From contig CAIKUK010000015.1 in assembly GCA_903830625.1 (NCBI GenBank), forward strand, positions 37-64,036: a stretch of DNA of 64,000 bases, in the 5' to 3' direction. The notes under the pieces were generated by a model, which had not been told where the DNA came from, did not search any database, and worked only from the letters and a program-made list of their open reading frames with translations. Of this stretch, positions 9,861 through 18,795 are shown in pieces; positions within the stretch are counted from its first letter, which is position 1; each line of letters opens with the position of its first letter. A program made the translations under genes and the position numbers. Source of the stretch: Candidatus Yanofskybacteria bacterium (GTDB lineage Bacteria; Patescibacteriota; Minisyncoccia; 2-02-FULL-40-12; GWA2-44-9).

Positions 9861-11399
9861 TCAGTTGCCTTCCCCAAGTAATTTTTCATTGATTTTTAGA
9901 CTAATAGCTTCAGCGACATGCTGGGGTTTTATTAATTCTGACGATTCAAGATCAGCGATTGTTCGGCTAAGTTTCTTGATTTTATGATAGGCCCGAAAAG
10001 ACAGGGATTTAGAAGCGACTGCACTTTGAAGAAGTTTTTCGGCTTCTGGTTCCAATTGGCACCATTTATCTATGTTCCGATATGAAATCTCGGCATTGGT
10101 AAATATTTTGGAATTTTTAAATCTAGCCAGCTGAATAGCCCGGGCACTGGCTATTTTTTCTCTTATTTCATTGAATTTTTTAACCGACATAGGTTCATGA
10201 GTAGTGGTCGCTGTTTCTCTCGGAACATTAATTTGAATATCAATCCGATCCAAAAGGGGACCGGATATTTTCTTACGATAATGAATAATATTCATCGGCG
10301 AGCAAACACAATTCGCTCTTGGCTCGCCATAATTACCGCATGGGCAAGGATTCATAGCACCCACAAGCGTAAATTTAGCCGGTAAACGAATGGACCCAGC
10401 GGCCCTAGAGACAGTGATTACTCCTTCTTCAAGCGGTTCCCGCAGGCTTTCAAGAACATGACGGGGAAATTCGGGTAACTCGTCCAAAAACAATATTCCC
10501 CGATGAGAAAGGCTGATTTCTCCTGGTTTAGGATTAGTTCCGCCACCGACCATGGCCGGAGCTGAAGTAGTATGGTGCGGACTCCGAAATGGACGTTCAG
10601 ACATAAGAGAAGAACCATTTACAAGGCCCATCGAACTGTAAATTCGCGTCACTTCGATTGCTTCTGGGAATGAGAGGTCGGGCATTAAATCCGCTAAAGC
10701 CTTGGCTAAAAGAGTTTTCCCGGAACCAGGCGGACCGCTCATTAGAATATTATGCCCGCCGGCAGCGGCGACCATAAGAGCGTGCTTAGCTGTTTCTTGG
10801 CCTTTGATAAGACGAAAGGCCTCACCATCATCTTTAGAAACAGTGGGGCCGGGGATTTTATATTTAACAGGCTTTAGTGGTCTAATGCCACTAAGATGTT
10901 CTATTAGTTCAGTGATAGTGCTTACACCAAACACTTTGATATCTCCAACAATTGATGCTTCCCCAGTATTTGCCGTAGGTATAAAAATCTCTTTAAGACC
11001 CAGATTTTTGGACAATATCGCAGCCGAAAGGACGCCATTGACCGGTTTTATGGCCCCATTCAAGGATAATTCCCCTAGAAAGATTTTATCTTCGGTATTA
11101 AATTTAACCTGCCCAGTTTCTAGGAGATACCCGACAGCAATCGGTAAATCATAGGCTGGACCTTCTTTACGGATATCAGCCGGAGCGAGATTGATAATGA
11201 TTTTCTTGTGTTTCGCGCTGGGTGGAATAAGCCCGTTAGACCGAATAGCCGAAGCAATTCTTTCCTTAGATTCTTGAACGGCCTTATCTGGCAAACCGAC
11301 AATATTAAAAGCATGCAAACCAGGCGTAGAATCAACTTCAACTTCGATCAGTTGAGCATCAATGCCATTTATTGAAGCCGAGAATAGACGGACAGACAC
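9861..11399 (-). CDS. comM: ComM/YifB Mg-chelatase-like AAA+ helicase
   Basis: IVGLPDKAVQESKER, NLAPADIRKEG, GPPGSGKT, PFRSPHH, FLDELPEF, NPCPCG. Confidence 0.95.
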   Translation of the reverse strand: MSVRLFSASINGIDAQLIEVEVDSTPGLHAFNIVGLPDKAVQESKERIASAIRSNGLIPPSAKHKKIIINLAPADIRKEGPAYDLPIAVGYLLETGQVKFNTEDKIFLGELSLNGAIKPVNGVLSAAILSKNLGLKEIFIPTANTGEASIVGDIKVFGVSTITELIEHLSGIRPLKPVKYKIPGPTVSKDDGEAFRLIKGQETAKHALMVAAAGGHNILMSGPPGSGKTLLAKALADLMPDLSFPEAIEVTRIYSSMGLVNGSSLMSERPFRSPHHTTSAPAMVGGGTNPKPGEISLSHRGILFLDELPEFPRHVLESLREPLEEGVITVSRAAGSIRLPAKFTLVGAMNPCPCGNYGEPRANCVCSPMNIIHYRKKISGPLLDRIDIQINVPRETATTTHEPMSVKKFNEIREKIASARAIQLARFKNSKIFTNAEISYRNIDKWCQLEPEAEKLLQSAVASKSLSFRAYHKIKKLSRTIADLESSELIKPQHVAEAISLKINEKLLGEGN

Positions 11400-11411
11400 A
11401 AGGATAAAGTG

Positions 11412-11768
11412 TTATTCGGCGTGTTTAATACAAAATGGAGACATAGGCAGTTCCGTAAGACGTTCCATGGAAATATCCTCGCCACACTTCTCACAAACAC
11501 CATAGGTTCCATTTTTGACCTTCTCTTTGGCCTCCAGAATGGCTTCTAGATGATGTTTAAGCTCTTGTTCAATAGCGGTGTTGGTTTCAGTGGTTGTGGC
11601 TTCGCGGGCAATGTCATCTTCTCGGACGTCGCCCTCATAATCAGCCGGCTTAGGCTGAAAACCGCCTGAAGCTGGGTCTTTAACCGCCACTTCCTCTAGG
11701 TCTTTGCGGACAAGAGCTTCTTCTTCCGACAACAAGTGGTCAAATTTTTGTAGGTCTTGCGGGGTCAT
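11412..11768 (-). CDS. TraR/DksA C4 zinc-finger protein
   Basis: GTYGVCEKCGEDISMERL..LP...FCIKH; likely start MTPQDL at 11768. Confidence 0.85.
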   Translation of the reverse strand: MTPQDLQKFDHLLSEEEALVRKDLEEVAVKDPASGGFQPKPADYEGDVREDDIAREATTTETNTAIEQELKHHLEAILEAKEKVKNGTYGVCEKCGEDISMERLTELPMSPFCIKHAE

Positions 11769-11951
11769 ATGAGTTTCATGGTATCCGAATACAAAATAAA
11801 AGTAAACTAAAAGGCGCGGATGCCTCGTTAAAGATGATTGCGAGTGTGACACCGCGCCTTAAGACCAAATTTTGCCAACAGTCAGTGACTGTTACAAAAC
11901 TGCCAGCAACTTTCAAGGAACATTACTGAAACAACTTGCCCTTACTCGTTC

Positions 11952-11981
11952 AGTATAGTCCCTTGGTGACACTAGTGTCAA
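11952..11981 (-). promoter_or_regulatory. Sigma70-like promoter overlapped by a TGACACTAGTGTCA palindrome
   Basis: Minus strand TTGACA-18nt-TATACT. Confidence 0.65.
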
Positions 11982-12153
11982 TTTTTAAAAGTTGATAAGT
12001 GTCACCATGTCACTAGTGTCACCATGTTTAAACAAATGGCTTTAACAAAAGCTTTTCAATGGTGACACTGGTGACATTTGTTAGTGTCACCATGCTCCCA
12101 AATGTCACCTAGTCACAGGTTATAAACAATGTCACCCGCAGATGTGGGTGACA
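11966..12153. repeat. Array of TGTCAC/GTGACA hexamers
   Basis: Ten exact copies (11966, 12000, 12008, 12017, 12062, 12071, 12085, 12103, 12130, 12148) and two one-mismatch copies. Confidence 0.85.
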
Positions 12154-12180
12154 TTGAAAAAACTATATCGAATTAAACGT

Positions 12181-13563
12181 TTATCTGACTGGAACAGTGA
12201 AGGCATCAATAACAGCGAACATGGCTTCCCGAGAACCGGCTATAACCATAAAGGTTTTACCGCCAGATAATACAAAGGCGTAATCTATAGAATGATCAGG
12301 GTAAGAGAAATTCTTGAAGCGAACTGACACACCATTGTAACTGGTAGATATAAATGAGCCGGTATTTTTAGATGGCGTAATAGACATCACTCCGGACAAA
12401 TTGGCACTCATGGTCGGTTCCCAGCCTTGAAGAATACCGACCGAAGAACTGGCCACTTCGCTAATCATCACTAGCCGAGAACCTGGAACAACACCAGTGG
12501 CTAATCGGCCTTTGTTGTCAAAAGACTCTTTTTGGCCATACAGTAAAAACTTATAATACTGGCCGAACGATGCCGGAAGCGACGACGGATATGCCACTAC
12601 GAAACGGTTTAATAAACCGGAAATCGTAAGCACTTGAGCGCTATCGGAAGCCCCGCTAGCAATATTGATTGCCGTTAGAGTCCCTGCGGTTATATTAGGC
12701 TGAGCACTGATGCCATTCTTAAATGCCATGGCCGGGTCTCCCGCCGATGGAAGCATAATAGTTCCGCCCTGGATCGTAAATATTGTGGAAAGTACGTCTG
12801 GATTGGGAGTGGCCGTCGGAACAAACGTAGCTGTAGGAGTAGGAGTTTCTTCAGCCACTTGGCTAGGACTCTGGATAAAGAAATACCAGTAAAGACCGCC
12901 GAAAACCACTATCACGGCCGCGATAATGATAAAGAAAAGATTTCTGGAACTGGCTGGTTTGGTTTCGGCGGCGGGCGGAACATAGAACTGATTCTTCTGG
13001 TCAGATTTCATTTCAGGAGTCTTGGATGCTTGGGGCATTGTGGGCATAACTGGACGGGGGATAGGTGTAGAAACAGGAGGTTTTGGAGCCTGATTCGGTG
13101 TCGATGGCATTGGAGCTGATTTTGTAGCTGAGGGCATGCTTACGGTCGGGCCTAGTTTAGACGGAGCGGGGGCAGAAGTTACGGGCGGAACAACTGGTTT
13201 GACTGGAACCGGAGTATTATCGATTTTCCTAGGAATATTAACCCCCTGAGGCTGTTGGCCGGCTTTAAGCTTGGATAAATCATCACTCATGGTCCGAATA
13301 GAAGATTGGTATTCTTTGGGAACTGAAGGAACAACCGGAGTCGCTGGAGCGGGATTTGGTCTGGGAGGCAGAGGAACCGAATTTGAAGCTATGGGTGGCG
13401 GACCCATGGGTCGAGGCGGAGGCATGGGTGTTGGTTGGGATATTGAACTTTGAGTCGAAGGAGAAGCTGGGCTTGGCGGGGAACCTTGGGGACGACTTAG
13501 TTCTTTAACTAAATCATCGATGTTTGATTGAGAAGCTGATGAGTTTGGACTTTTGTCGTCCAT
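12181..13563 (-). CDS. Proline-rich single-pass membrane protein
   Basis: Pro-rich N-terminus with IRTMSDDL motif, TM near residue 210, globular C-terminal domain. Confidence 0.8.
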   Translation of the reverse strand: MDDKSPNSSASQSNIDDLVKELSRPQGSPPSPASPSTQSSISQPTPMPPPRPMGPPPIASNSVPLPPRPNPAPATPVVPSVPKEYQSSIRTMSDDLSKLKAGQQPQGVNIPRKIDNTPVPVKPVVPPVTSAPAPSKLGPTVSMPSATKSAPMPSTPNQAPKPPVSTPIPRPVMPTMPQASKTPEMKSDQKNQFYVPPAAETKPASSRNLFFIIIAAVIVVFGGLYWYFFIQSPSQVAEETPTPTATFVPTATPNPDVLSTIFTIQGGTIMLPSAGDPAMAFKNGISAQPNITAGTLTAINIASGASDSAQVLTISGLLNRFVVAYPSSLPASFGQYYKFLLYGQKESFDNKGRLATGVVPGSRLVMISEVASSSVGILQGWEPTMSANLSGVMSITPSKNTGSFISTSYNGVSVRFKNFSYPDHSIDYAFVLSGGKTFMVIAGSREAMFAVIDAFTVPVR

Positions 13564-13751
13564 GGTAATGAGGATTAATTTATTATCTTAAGTCTATCAC
13601 AACAAAAGAAAATGTTGTGCACAGAATTACAAATCCGTTAAAGAATGTCAAAATACGCCCGAGTTCAAGGCGCGCTTGAGTACTAAATTGAGACATGGTA
13701 ACTGCTATGGCGAAAGAGGAACGGAAAGCGCAACGCAGAAATCGGGTGTGT

Positions 13752-15866
13752 TTAGGCGTTCTTTCTTTCCTTCATGGTGAGATTGAGTCTGCCTTGGTCA
13801 TCAATATTCTTGACCCAGACATGAACTTTCTGGCCAGGCTTCACAATATCGCTCGGATGATTAACCCGTTCATTGCTCATCTCGGAAACATGAACTAAAC
13901 CATCGATGCCCGGCAAGATTTCGACGAAAGCGCCAAAATCAAGGATCTTGACGACGGTGCCATCGAATTCATCGCCCGGTTCTGGCTCATAGGTCATTTG
14001 TTTAATCAATTTCAAAGCCTTGTCCATGCCTTCGGCCGTGACCGAAGTCACGAAGACCGAACCGTCGTCTTCAATATCAATCTCGGCGCCGGTCTGTTCA
14101 ATAATGCCATTGATATTCTTGCCGCCCGGCCCAATCAGAGCGCCGATCTTGGCCGGATTAATCTTGATAGTCTGGACGCGAGGCGCATGTGGAGATAAAT
14201 CTTGGCGGTGAGTACCGATGGCAGTAGTAATGACTTTGAGAATTTCCAAACGAGCCTTAAGGGCTTGGGCCAAAGTCTCGGCCACGATCTGCGGAGTAAT
14301 GCCTTCAATTTTTACGTCCATCTGCATACCGGTGACGCCTTCAGCCGTACCAGCCACTTTCAAATCCATATCGCCGTGATGGTCTTCCGGACCTTGGATA
14401 TCGGTCAGAATCTTGTATTTTTCGCCTTTGGAATCCATCATCAAGCCCATGGCAATGCCGGCGGCCGGCGCTTTGATGGGCACACCACCATCCATCAAGG
14501 CTAAACTGGAACCGCAGACCGAAGCCATGGATGAGGAACCGTTGGATGAAAGGATTTCTGAAACCAAGCGGATGGTGTACGGAAAATCGGCTTTGTCGGG
14601 GATAATTGGCTCAAGCGAACGCTCGGCTAAATAGCCATGACCAATCTCGCGTCGGCCCGTCGCCCCTAAACGACCGACTTCACCGACGCTGTATGGAGGA
14701 AAGCCATAGTGATGGAAGAATCTTTTCTTGGTTAGATCAACTTCCATAGACTCCAGCCATTGTTCCATGCCCGGCGCGCCAAGTGTGAGAATGGATAAAG
14801 CTTGGGTCGTGCCTCGATTAAACAAACCCGACCCATGAGTGCGGGGGAGAATGGCTGTTTCGGCGGAAAGCGCGCGCAATTCATCCATTTTACGGCCATC
14901 GGGACGCTTTTCTTCTTCAATAATATTTTTGTGGACGATACGGTCAATTTCTTCTTCGTAAATCGAGCCGGCTTCGTCTAGTTTCTTGTCTAAGTCATCG
15001 GTCTCTTTGTATTTGAGTTTAATCTCGGTCATCAGTTCTTCTTTGATTTGACCAAGACCCTCGTAGAATTCGGATTTGGCCTTGCCCGGCGCGTAAAGCG
15101 CGGCTTGGAGCTTTACTTCCGAGAAACTACGGACTACATTGGCCAGTTCGGCGTCTTGAGTAAAGACGGCCAGTTCTTTTTTCTTTTTGCCGATTTCGGC
15201 GGCAATCTTTTCTTGAAGCTCAATCAAACCTTTGAAGGCCTCAAAGCCCGCAGTAATGGCACCGGTCATGTCTTTTTCGGGAACAATCTTAGCGCCGGCT
15301 TCAATCATGTTTATTTTGCCGGCCGTGCCCGCCACAACAATATCAAAGTCGCTCGTAGCTCGTTCTTGGTAAGTCGGATTGAGAATTAATTTTCCATCTA
15401 CGCGCCCAACACGAAGACCGGCAATCGGGCCGTTGAAGGGGATATCGGAAATCATTAGCGCCAAAGATGCCCCGAACAACGCCGGCATGTCCGGATCGTT
15501 GATACCGTCAAATGACAAGACTGTGGCAATAACTTGAATTTCGTTGCGGATGTTGTGGTTGAAGCGGGGACGAATAGCCCGATCAATTAGCCGGCTCGTG
15601 AGAATGGCGTCTTCGGTCGGACGGCCTTCGCGCTTAATCCATTTGGAACCTTTAATCTTGCCGGCGGCGTAATACTTTTCTTCGTATTCCACCTGCAACG
15701 GCATGTAGTCCACGGCTTTTAATTGAGCCGACATGGTAGCGTTGACCATGACCGTTGTTTCGCCGTACTGAACCACACAAACACCGTTGGCTTGGCCGCC
15801 AAAACGCCCTATTTCCACCGAGAGCGGTTTACCCGCGAACTCGGTCTGGTATTTCTTTACTGCCAT
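13752..15866 (-). CDS. pnp: Polyribonucleotide nucleotidyltransferase
   Basis: RLIDRAIRP, SNGSSSMASVCG, DMDLKVAG, KH and S1 domains. Confidence 0.98.
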   Translation of the reverse strand: MAVKKYQTEFAGKPLSVEIGRFGGQANGVCVVQYGETTVMVNATMSAQLKAVDYMPLQVEYEEKYYAAGKIKGSKWIKREGRPTEDAILTSRLIDRAIRPRFNHNIRNEIQVIATVLSFDGINDPDMPALFGASLALMISDIPFNGPIAGLRVGRVDGKLILNPTYQERATSDFDIVVAGTAGKINMIEAGAKIVPEKDMTGAITAGFEAFKGLIELQEKIAAEIGKKKKELAVFTQDAELANVVRSFSEVKLQAALYAPGKAKSEFYEGLGQIKEELMTEIKLKYKETDDLDKKLDEAGSIYEEEIDRIVHKNIIEEEKRPDGRKMDELRALSAETAILPRTHGSGLFNRGTTQALSILTLGAPGMEQWLESMEVDLTKKRFFHHYGFPPYSVGEVGRLGATGRREIGHGYLAERSLEPIIPDKADFPYTIRLVSEILSSNGSSSMASVCGSSLALMDGGVPIKAPAAGIAMGLMMDSKGEKYKILTDIQGPEDHHGDMDLKVAGTAEGVTGMQMDVKIEGITPQIVAETLAQALKARLEILKVITTAIGTHRQDLSPHAPRVQTIKINPAKIGALIGPGGKNINGIIEQTGAEIDIEDDGSVFVTSVTAEGMDKALKLIKQMTYEPEPGDEFDGTVVKILDFGAFVEILPGIDGLVHVSEMSNERVNHPSDIVKPGQKVHVWVKNIDDQGRLNLTMKERKNA

Positions 15867-16033
15867 ATAGTTTCACCGACGAATTGAGAGAGAGGCAATA
15901 CTGGCCGCAGATTTCGATATTATCAAAAGCTATGGCCAAAATTGAGCCCCATCATTTTGCATCTGTTTCAATCTCTATCGGTTGTTAATTAACTTCGTCA
16001 AAATATACCATAAGTTTCTTATAAAAACAATGA

Positions 16034-16057
16034 GCCCGCGATGAGCTCATCGCGGGC
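16034..16057. terminator. Perfect 24-bp palindrome, possible terminator
   Basis: GCCCGCGATGAGCTCATCGCGGGC immediately after ORF 16061-16273. Confidence 0.45.
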
Positions 16058-16060
16058 AGT

Positions 16061-16273
16061 TCAGAAACCTATTTTGTCGCAAAAACGAAAGAAAGCGGCA
16101 CGATACTTGGGTTCACGTTCAGCCCAGCATAGCTCACATTCTGAACCGGCGCCAACAAGTATCCACGCCACACATAGTTTTACAGCCCAGTGTTCGAACC
16201 GAAAGAGCAGAAATAAACCAACTACCAACAACACGACGACCGTACTCCAATCGTGTTCGTAAGCCACTTTCAT
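16061..16273 (-). CDS. Small hypothetical membrane protein
   Basis: GGGGAGGTG SD upstream; hydrophobic N-terminal half. Confidence 0.4.
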   Translation of the reverse strand: MKVAYEHDWSTVVVLLVVGLFLLFRFEHWAVKLCVAWILVGAGSECELCWAEREPKYRAAFFRFCDKIGF

Positions 16274-16321
16274 TTATCACCTCCCCCACGAAAATACCGC
16301 CTTCCGGCGGTATCGTCAACG

Positions 16322-16834
16322 TTATTTCAGTAGCACTTTGTCTTTCACTTCTTCTAAATCTAGATAATTGTTGGTGGCTTCGATGAGACGAGCCGAGGTA
16401 GAACGATGGAAACCGGCGACTTCCACGATAGTGCCGTTGAATTTCAAATAATCAACGAGCGGCTCGTAATCGCCGTCGCCCGAAACAATCACGATGACGT
16501 CTACGAGCTTGGAAAGAGTGATGGCATCAATGGCAATAGCCACGTCCCAGTCGCCCTTTTTCATCCCGCCCGGAAAAACTTGAAGGTCTTTGGATTTCAA
16601 TTCAAAACCGGCTTTTTCTAGCGCGCCGAAGAAAGCTTTTTCTTCATCGGTATCGGATTTGACGACGTAGGCGATGGCTCGGACCAGTTCTCGATTGGCA
16701 GTAGTGAGTTTTAAAAGCTCACCGAAATTAACTCGAGCCTTATAGAGATTCTTGGCCGAGTGATACATATTGGAAACATCGACTAATATGCCCACTCTAT
16801 GGTTTTTCCGCTGAGGAACAGTATTCTTATGCAT
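16322..16834 (-). CDS. NYN domain (LabA/DUF88) protein
   Basis: ILVDVSNMY, KKGDWDV, VSGDGDYEPL. Confidence 0.9.
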   Translation of the reverse strand: MHKNTVPQRKNHRVGILVDVSNMYHSAKNLYKARVNFGELLKLTTANRELVRAIAYVVKSDTDEEKAFFGALEKAGFELKSKDLQVFPGGMKKGDWDVAIAIDAITLSKLVDVIVIVSGDGDYEPLVDYLKFNGTIVEVAGFHRSTSARLIEATNNYLDLEEVKDKVLLK

Positions 16835-16888
16835 AAAAAATGAGGTACTAGGGAGTATAAAAAACTGCAGGAGAACCTCGATTAAAAA

Positions 16889-17152
16889 TTATAAACCTAA
16901 CTTCTTGGAGAGAGCGGCGTGGCGCTTGGGATTATCGCGCTTCAAAAAATCCATCAGCCGTTTGCGCTTGGCCACCATTTTCAAAAGACCGAGACGCGAA
17001 CTGTTGTCTTTGTTGTGCTTTTTTAAATGCTTGGCCAACGATTCAATTTCCTTGGTAAACAAAGCCACCTGGGCTTCGGCCGAACCGGTATCTTTGTCGT
17101 GAATGCGAACCTGATCTAAAACTTTTACTTTTTGCTGAGGGGTTAAAGCCAT
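16889..17152 (-). CDS. rpsO: 30S ribosomal protein S15
   Basis: HDKDTGSAEAQVA, HLKKHNKDNSSRLGLLKMV. Confidence 0.97.
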   Translation of the reverse strand: MALTPQQKVKVLDQVRIHDKDTGSAEAQVALFTKEIESLAKHLKKHNKDNSSRLGLLKMVAKRKRLMDFLKRDNPKRHAALSKKLGL

Positions 17153-17227
17153 GGATATATAAATTGCTAACCTCTAATATTAAACCCGAACTTGAATGTA
17201 TTGTAGCATACAAAAAAGCTCTTTGCA

Positions 17228-17295
17228 ACCCGCCTAAATTTTTAGAATTTTTACGAAAAATGTCTGAAAGACATTGTTCTAAAAACTTAGGCGGG
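17228..17295. repeat. Family A palindrome with an enlarged loop
   Basis: CCCGCCTAAATTTTTAGAA...TTCTAAAAACTTAGGCGGG, flanked by CAA on both sides. Confidence 0.85.
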
Positions 17296-17345
17296 CAACT
17301 GGCTTCGCTTTGTGTCGCATAACGTTATATAATGCAGATAATGGA

Positions 17346-17480
17346 CCAGGTAGTGAAAGTCCGACTGGGTTTGAGAAGCGACGAATAATCACTATTACTG
17401 GTCAATGTACATAACAAGAAATTCGATAGTGCGTGTTTAGGTCTCAAACCTAAGGAGCATGTCGGACTTCTACTACCTGG
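17346..17480 (+). mobile_element. Family B structured element (MITE-like) inserted at the xer start codon
   Basis: IR CCAGGTAGTGAAAGTCCGAC / GTCGGACTTCTACTACCTGG flanked by direct repeat TGGA(C); removal restores ATG GAC TTG AAA. Confidence 0.75.
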
Positions 17481-18391
17481 TGGACTTGAAAACGCTCAAA
17501 ATTCAATACTTGGAACACCTGGAAATCGAAAAGAACCGTTCACCTAAAACGCTCGAGAACTACAACCGGTACTTAGATCGGTTTCTGCAATTTGCTAAAG
17601 TAACTAAGCCGCATGATCTCGATGGTGAGAGGATAAGGCAGTACCGGCTGCACTTGAATCGTCTCACTGATAATTACGGACAGCCCCTGATGAAAGTTAC
17701 CCAGAATTATCACATTATTGCCCTCCGAAATTTTTTGAAATACCTGGCCAAGAGGGGAGTGAAAAGCGTCTCGGCAGAAACCATTGAACTGGGCCGGGCC
17801 GAGGACCGCCACGTCACTTTTCTGGAGCACAGCGAGCTGGACCGGTTGCTCAATGCCCCGGAAGGTTCGGATCTAAACGCCCTGCGCGACCGAGCTATAT
17901 TGCGAATGCTGTTTTCAACGGGCATGCGCGTCTCCGAACTTTGTTCCATGGACCGCAGTAAGATTGACTTGAAGCGAGGTGAGCTTTCAGTGCTCGGCAA
18001 AGGCCGAAAAATCAGATTGGTTTTCTTGTCGGAAGACGCTAAGGACCAAATCGGCCAATATATCGCCAAGCGGACCGACGTGGACGAAGCCTTATTTATC
18101 CGCATTCCGAAAAGCAAGAAATTTTCCAAAGATTCCGACTTGCGCCTCACGCCCCGTTCAATCCAGCGCATCGTCCAAAAATACGCTATTAAAGCCGGCA
18201 TCATCGGCAAACATGTTTCGCCTCACACCTTGCGTCATAGTTATGCCACCGATCTACTCCGCAACGGCGCCGACATCCGTTCCGTCCAAGCCATGCTCGG
18301 CCATTCTTCGGTCACGACCACTCAAATCTACACCCACGTCACCGATACCCAGCTCCGCGAAATCCATAAAAAGTTTCATGATAAGAAATAA
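17480..18391 (+). CDS. XerC/D-family tyrosine recombinase
   Basis: RDRAIL..LFSTGMRVSEL, GKGRK.R, SPHTLRHSYAT, LGHSSVTTTQIY; start uncertain (GTG 17480, ATG 17459, ancestral ATG 17341). Confidence 0.93.
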   Translation: MDLKTLKIQYLEHLEIEKNRSPKTLENYNRYLDRFLQFAKVTKPHDLDGERIRQYRLHLNRLTDNYGQPLMKVTQNYHIIALRNFLKYLAKRGVKSVSAETIELGRAEDRHVTFLEHSELDRLLNAPEGSDLNALRDRAILRMLFSTGMRVSELCSMDRSKIDLKRGELSVLGKGRKIRLVFLSEDAKDQIGQYIAKRTDVDEALFIRIPKSKKFSKDSDLRLTPRSIQRIVQKYAIKAGIIGKHVSPHTLRHSYATDLLRNGADIRSVQAMLGHSSVTTTQIYTHVTDTQLREIHKKFHDKK

Positions 18392-18420
18392 CTAAAATCC
18401 GCCGATGAGGCGGATTTTAG
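18392..18420. terminator. Intrinsic terminator
   Basis: CTAAAATCCGCC-GATGA-GGCGGATTTTAG between convergent genes. Confidence 0.7.
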
Positions 18421-18479
18421 GGCGCGCCAAACGCGCTTCAATTAGTATTGTAAGAATTTACCGGGTCATTCTAGCCAGA

Positions 18480-18731
18480 CTATTCGGCTTCGACTTTAAG
18501 AACAATCGCTCCTTCTCTGACCTTACTGCCCACCTTCAGGCCGACCACGTCGCCCTTTTTGGCGCTGTCCACGTTTTCATGGTCCACCTGCAAAGAGTCG
18601 ACTGTCTGCTCAAAATCAGAGCCATGACCCTCAAATTTTATTTTGTCACCCACTTTGAGGGGAGCGACGAGGTCAACAATGGCGACCTCGCTTTTCCCAT
18701 AATAATGGGTAACTTTTCCGACCGGTTTCAT
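18480..18731 (-). CDS. Small translation-factor-like beta-barrel protein (U32 peptidase C-terminal-like)
   Basis: VGKVTHYYGK..VAIV.L..PLKVGD.I, AKKGDVVGLKV. Confidence 0.75.
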   Translation of the reverse strand: MKPVGKVTHYYGKSEVAIVDLVAPLKVGDKIKFEGHGSDFEQTVDSLQVDHENVDSAKKGDVVGLKVGSKVREGAIVLKVEAE

Positions 18732-18795
18732 GAGGTTAATTATATAAAAGGGGATTATCTAATGCAAGACCACCTTTTATGGTAATATAAATTTC

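Noticed and set aside
11966-12153. CRISPR array
   Set aside because: Repeats are 6-9 bp, irregularly spaced and in both orientations; no cas genes
17312-17339. dif-like site upstream of xer (GTGTCGCATAA-CGTTAT-ATAATGCAGAT)
   Set aside because: Only the left arm matches (CGCATAA); the right arm lacks TTATG and is explained by a -10 box; the site is ~45 kb from dnaA rather than at the terminus. An autoregulatory half-site is not excluded.
17459-17479. N-terminal extension MSDFYYL of Xer
   Set aside because: Encoded by the right arm of the inserted element; the AGGAG is only 1 nt from this ATG, so it was not taken as the start
17459-18391. Xer gene as the integrase of a prophage or island at the nearby tRNAs
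   Set aside because: Housekeeping XerC/D-like sequence next to rpsO; no att duplication or phage genes
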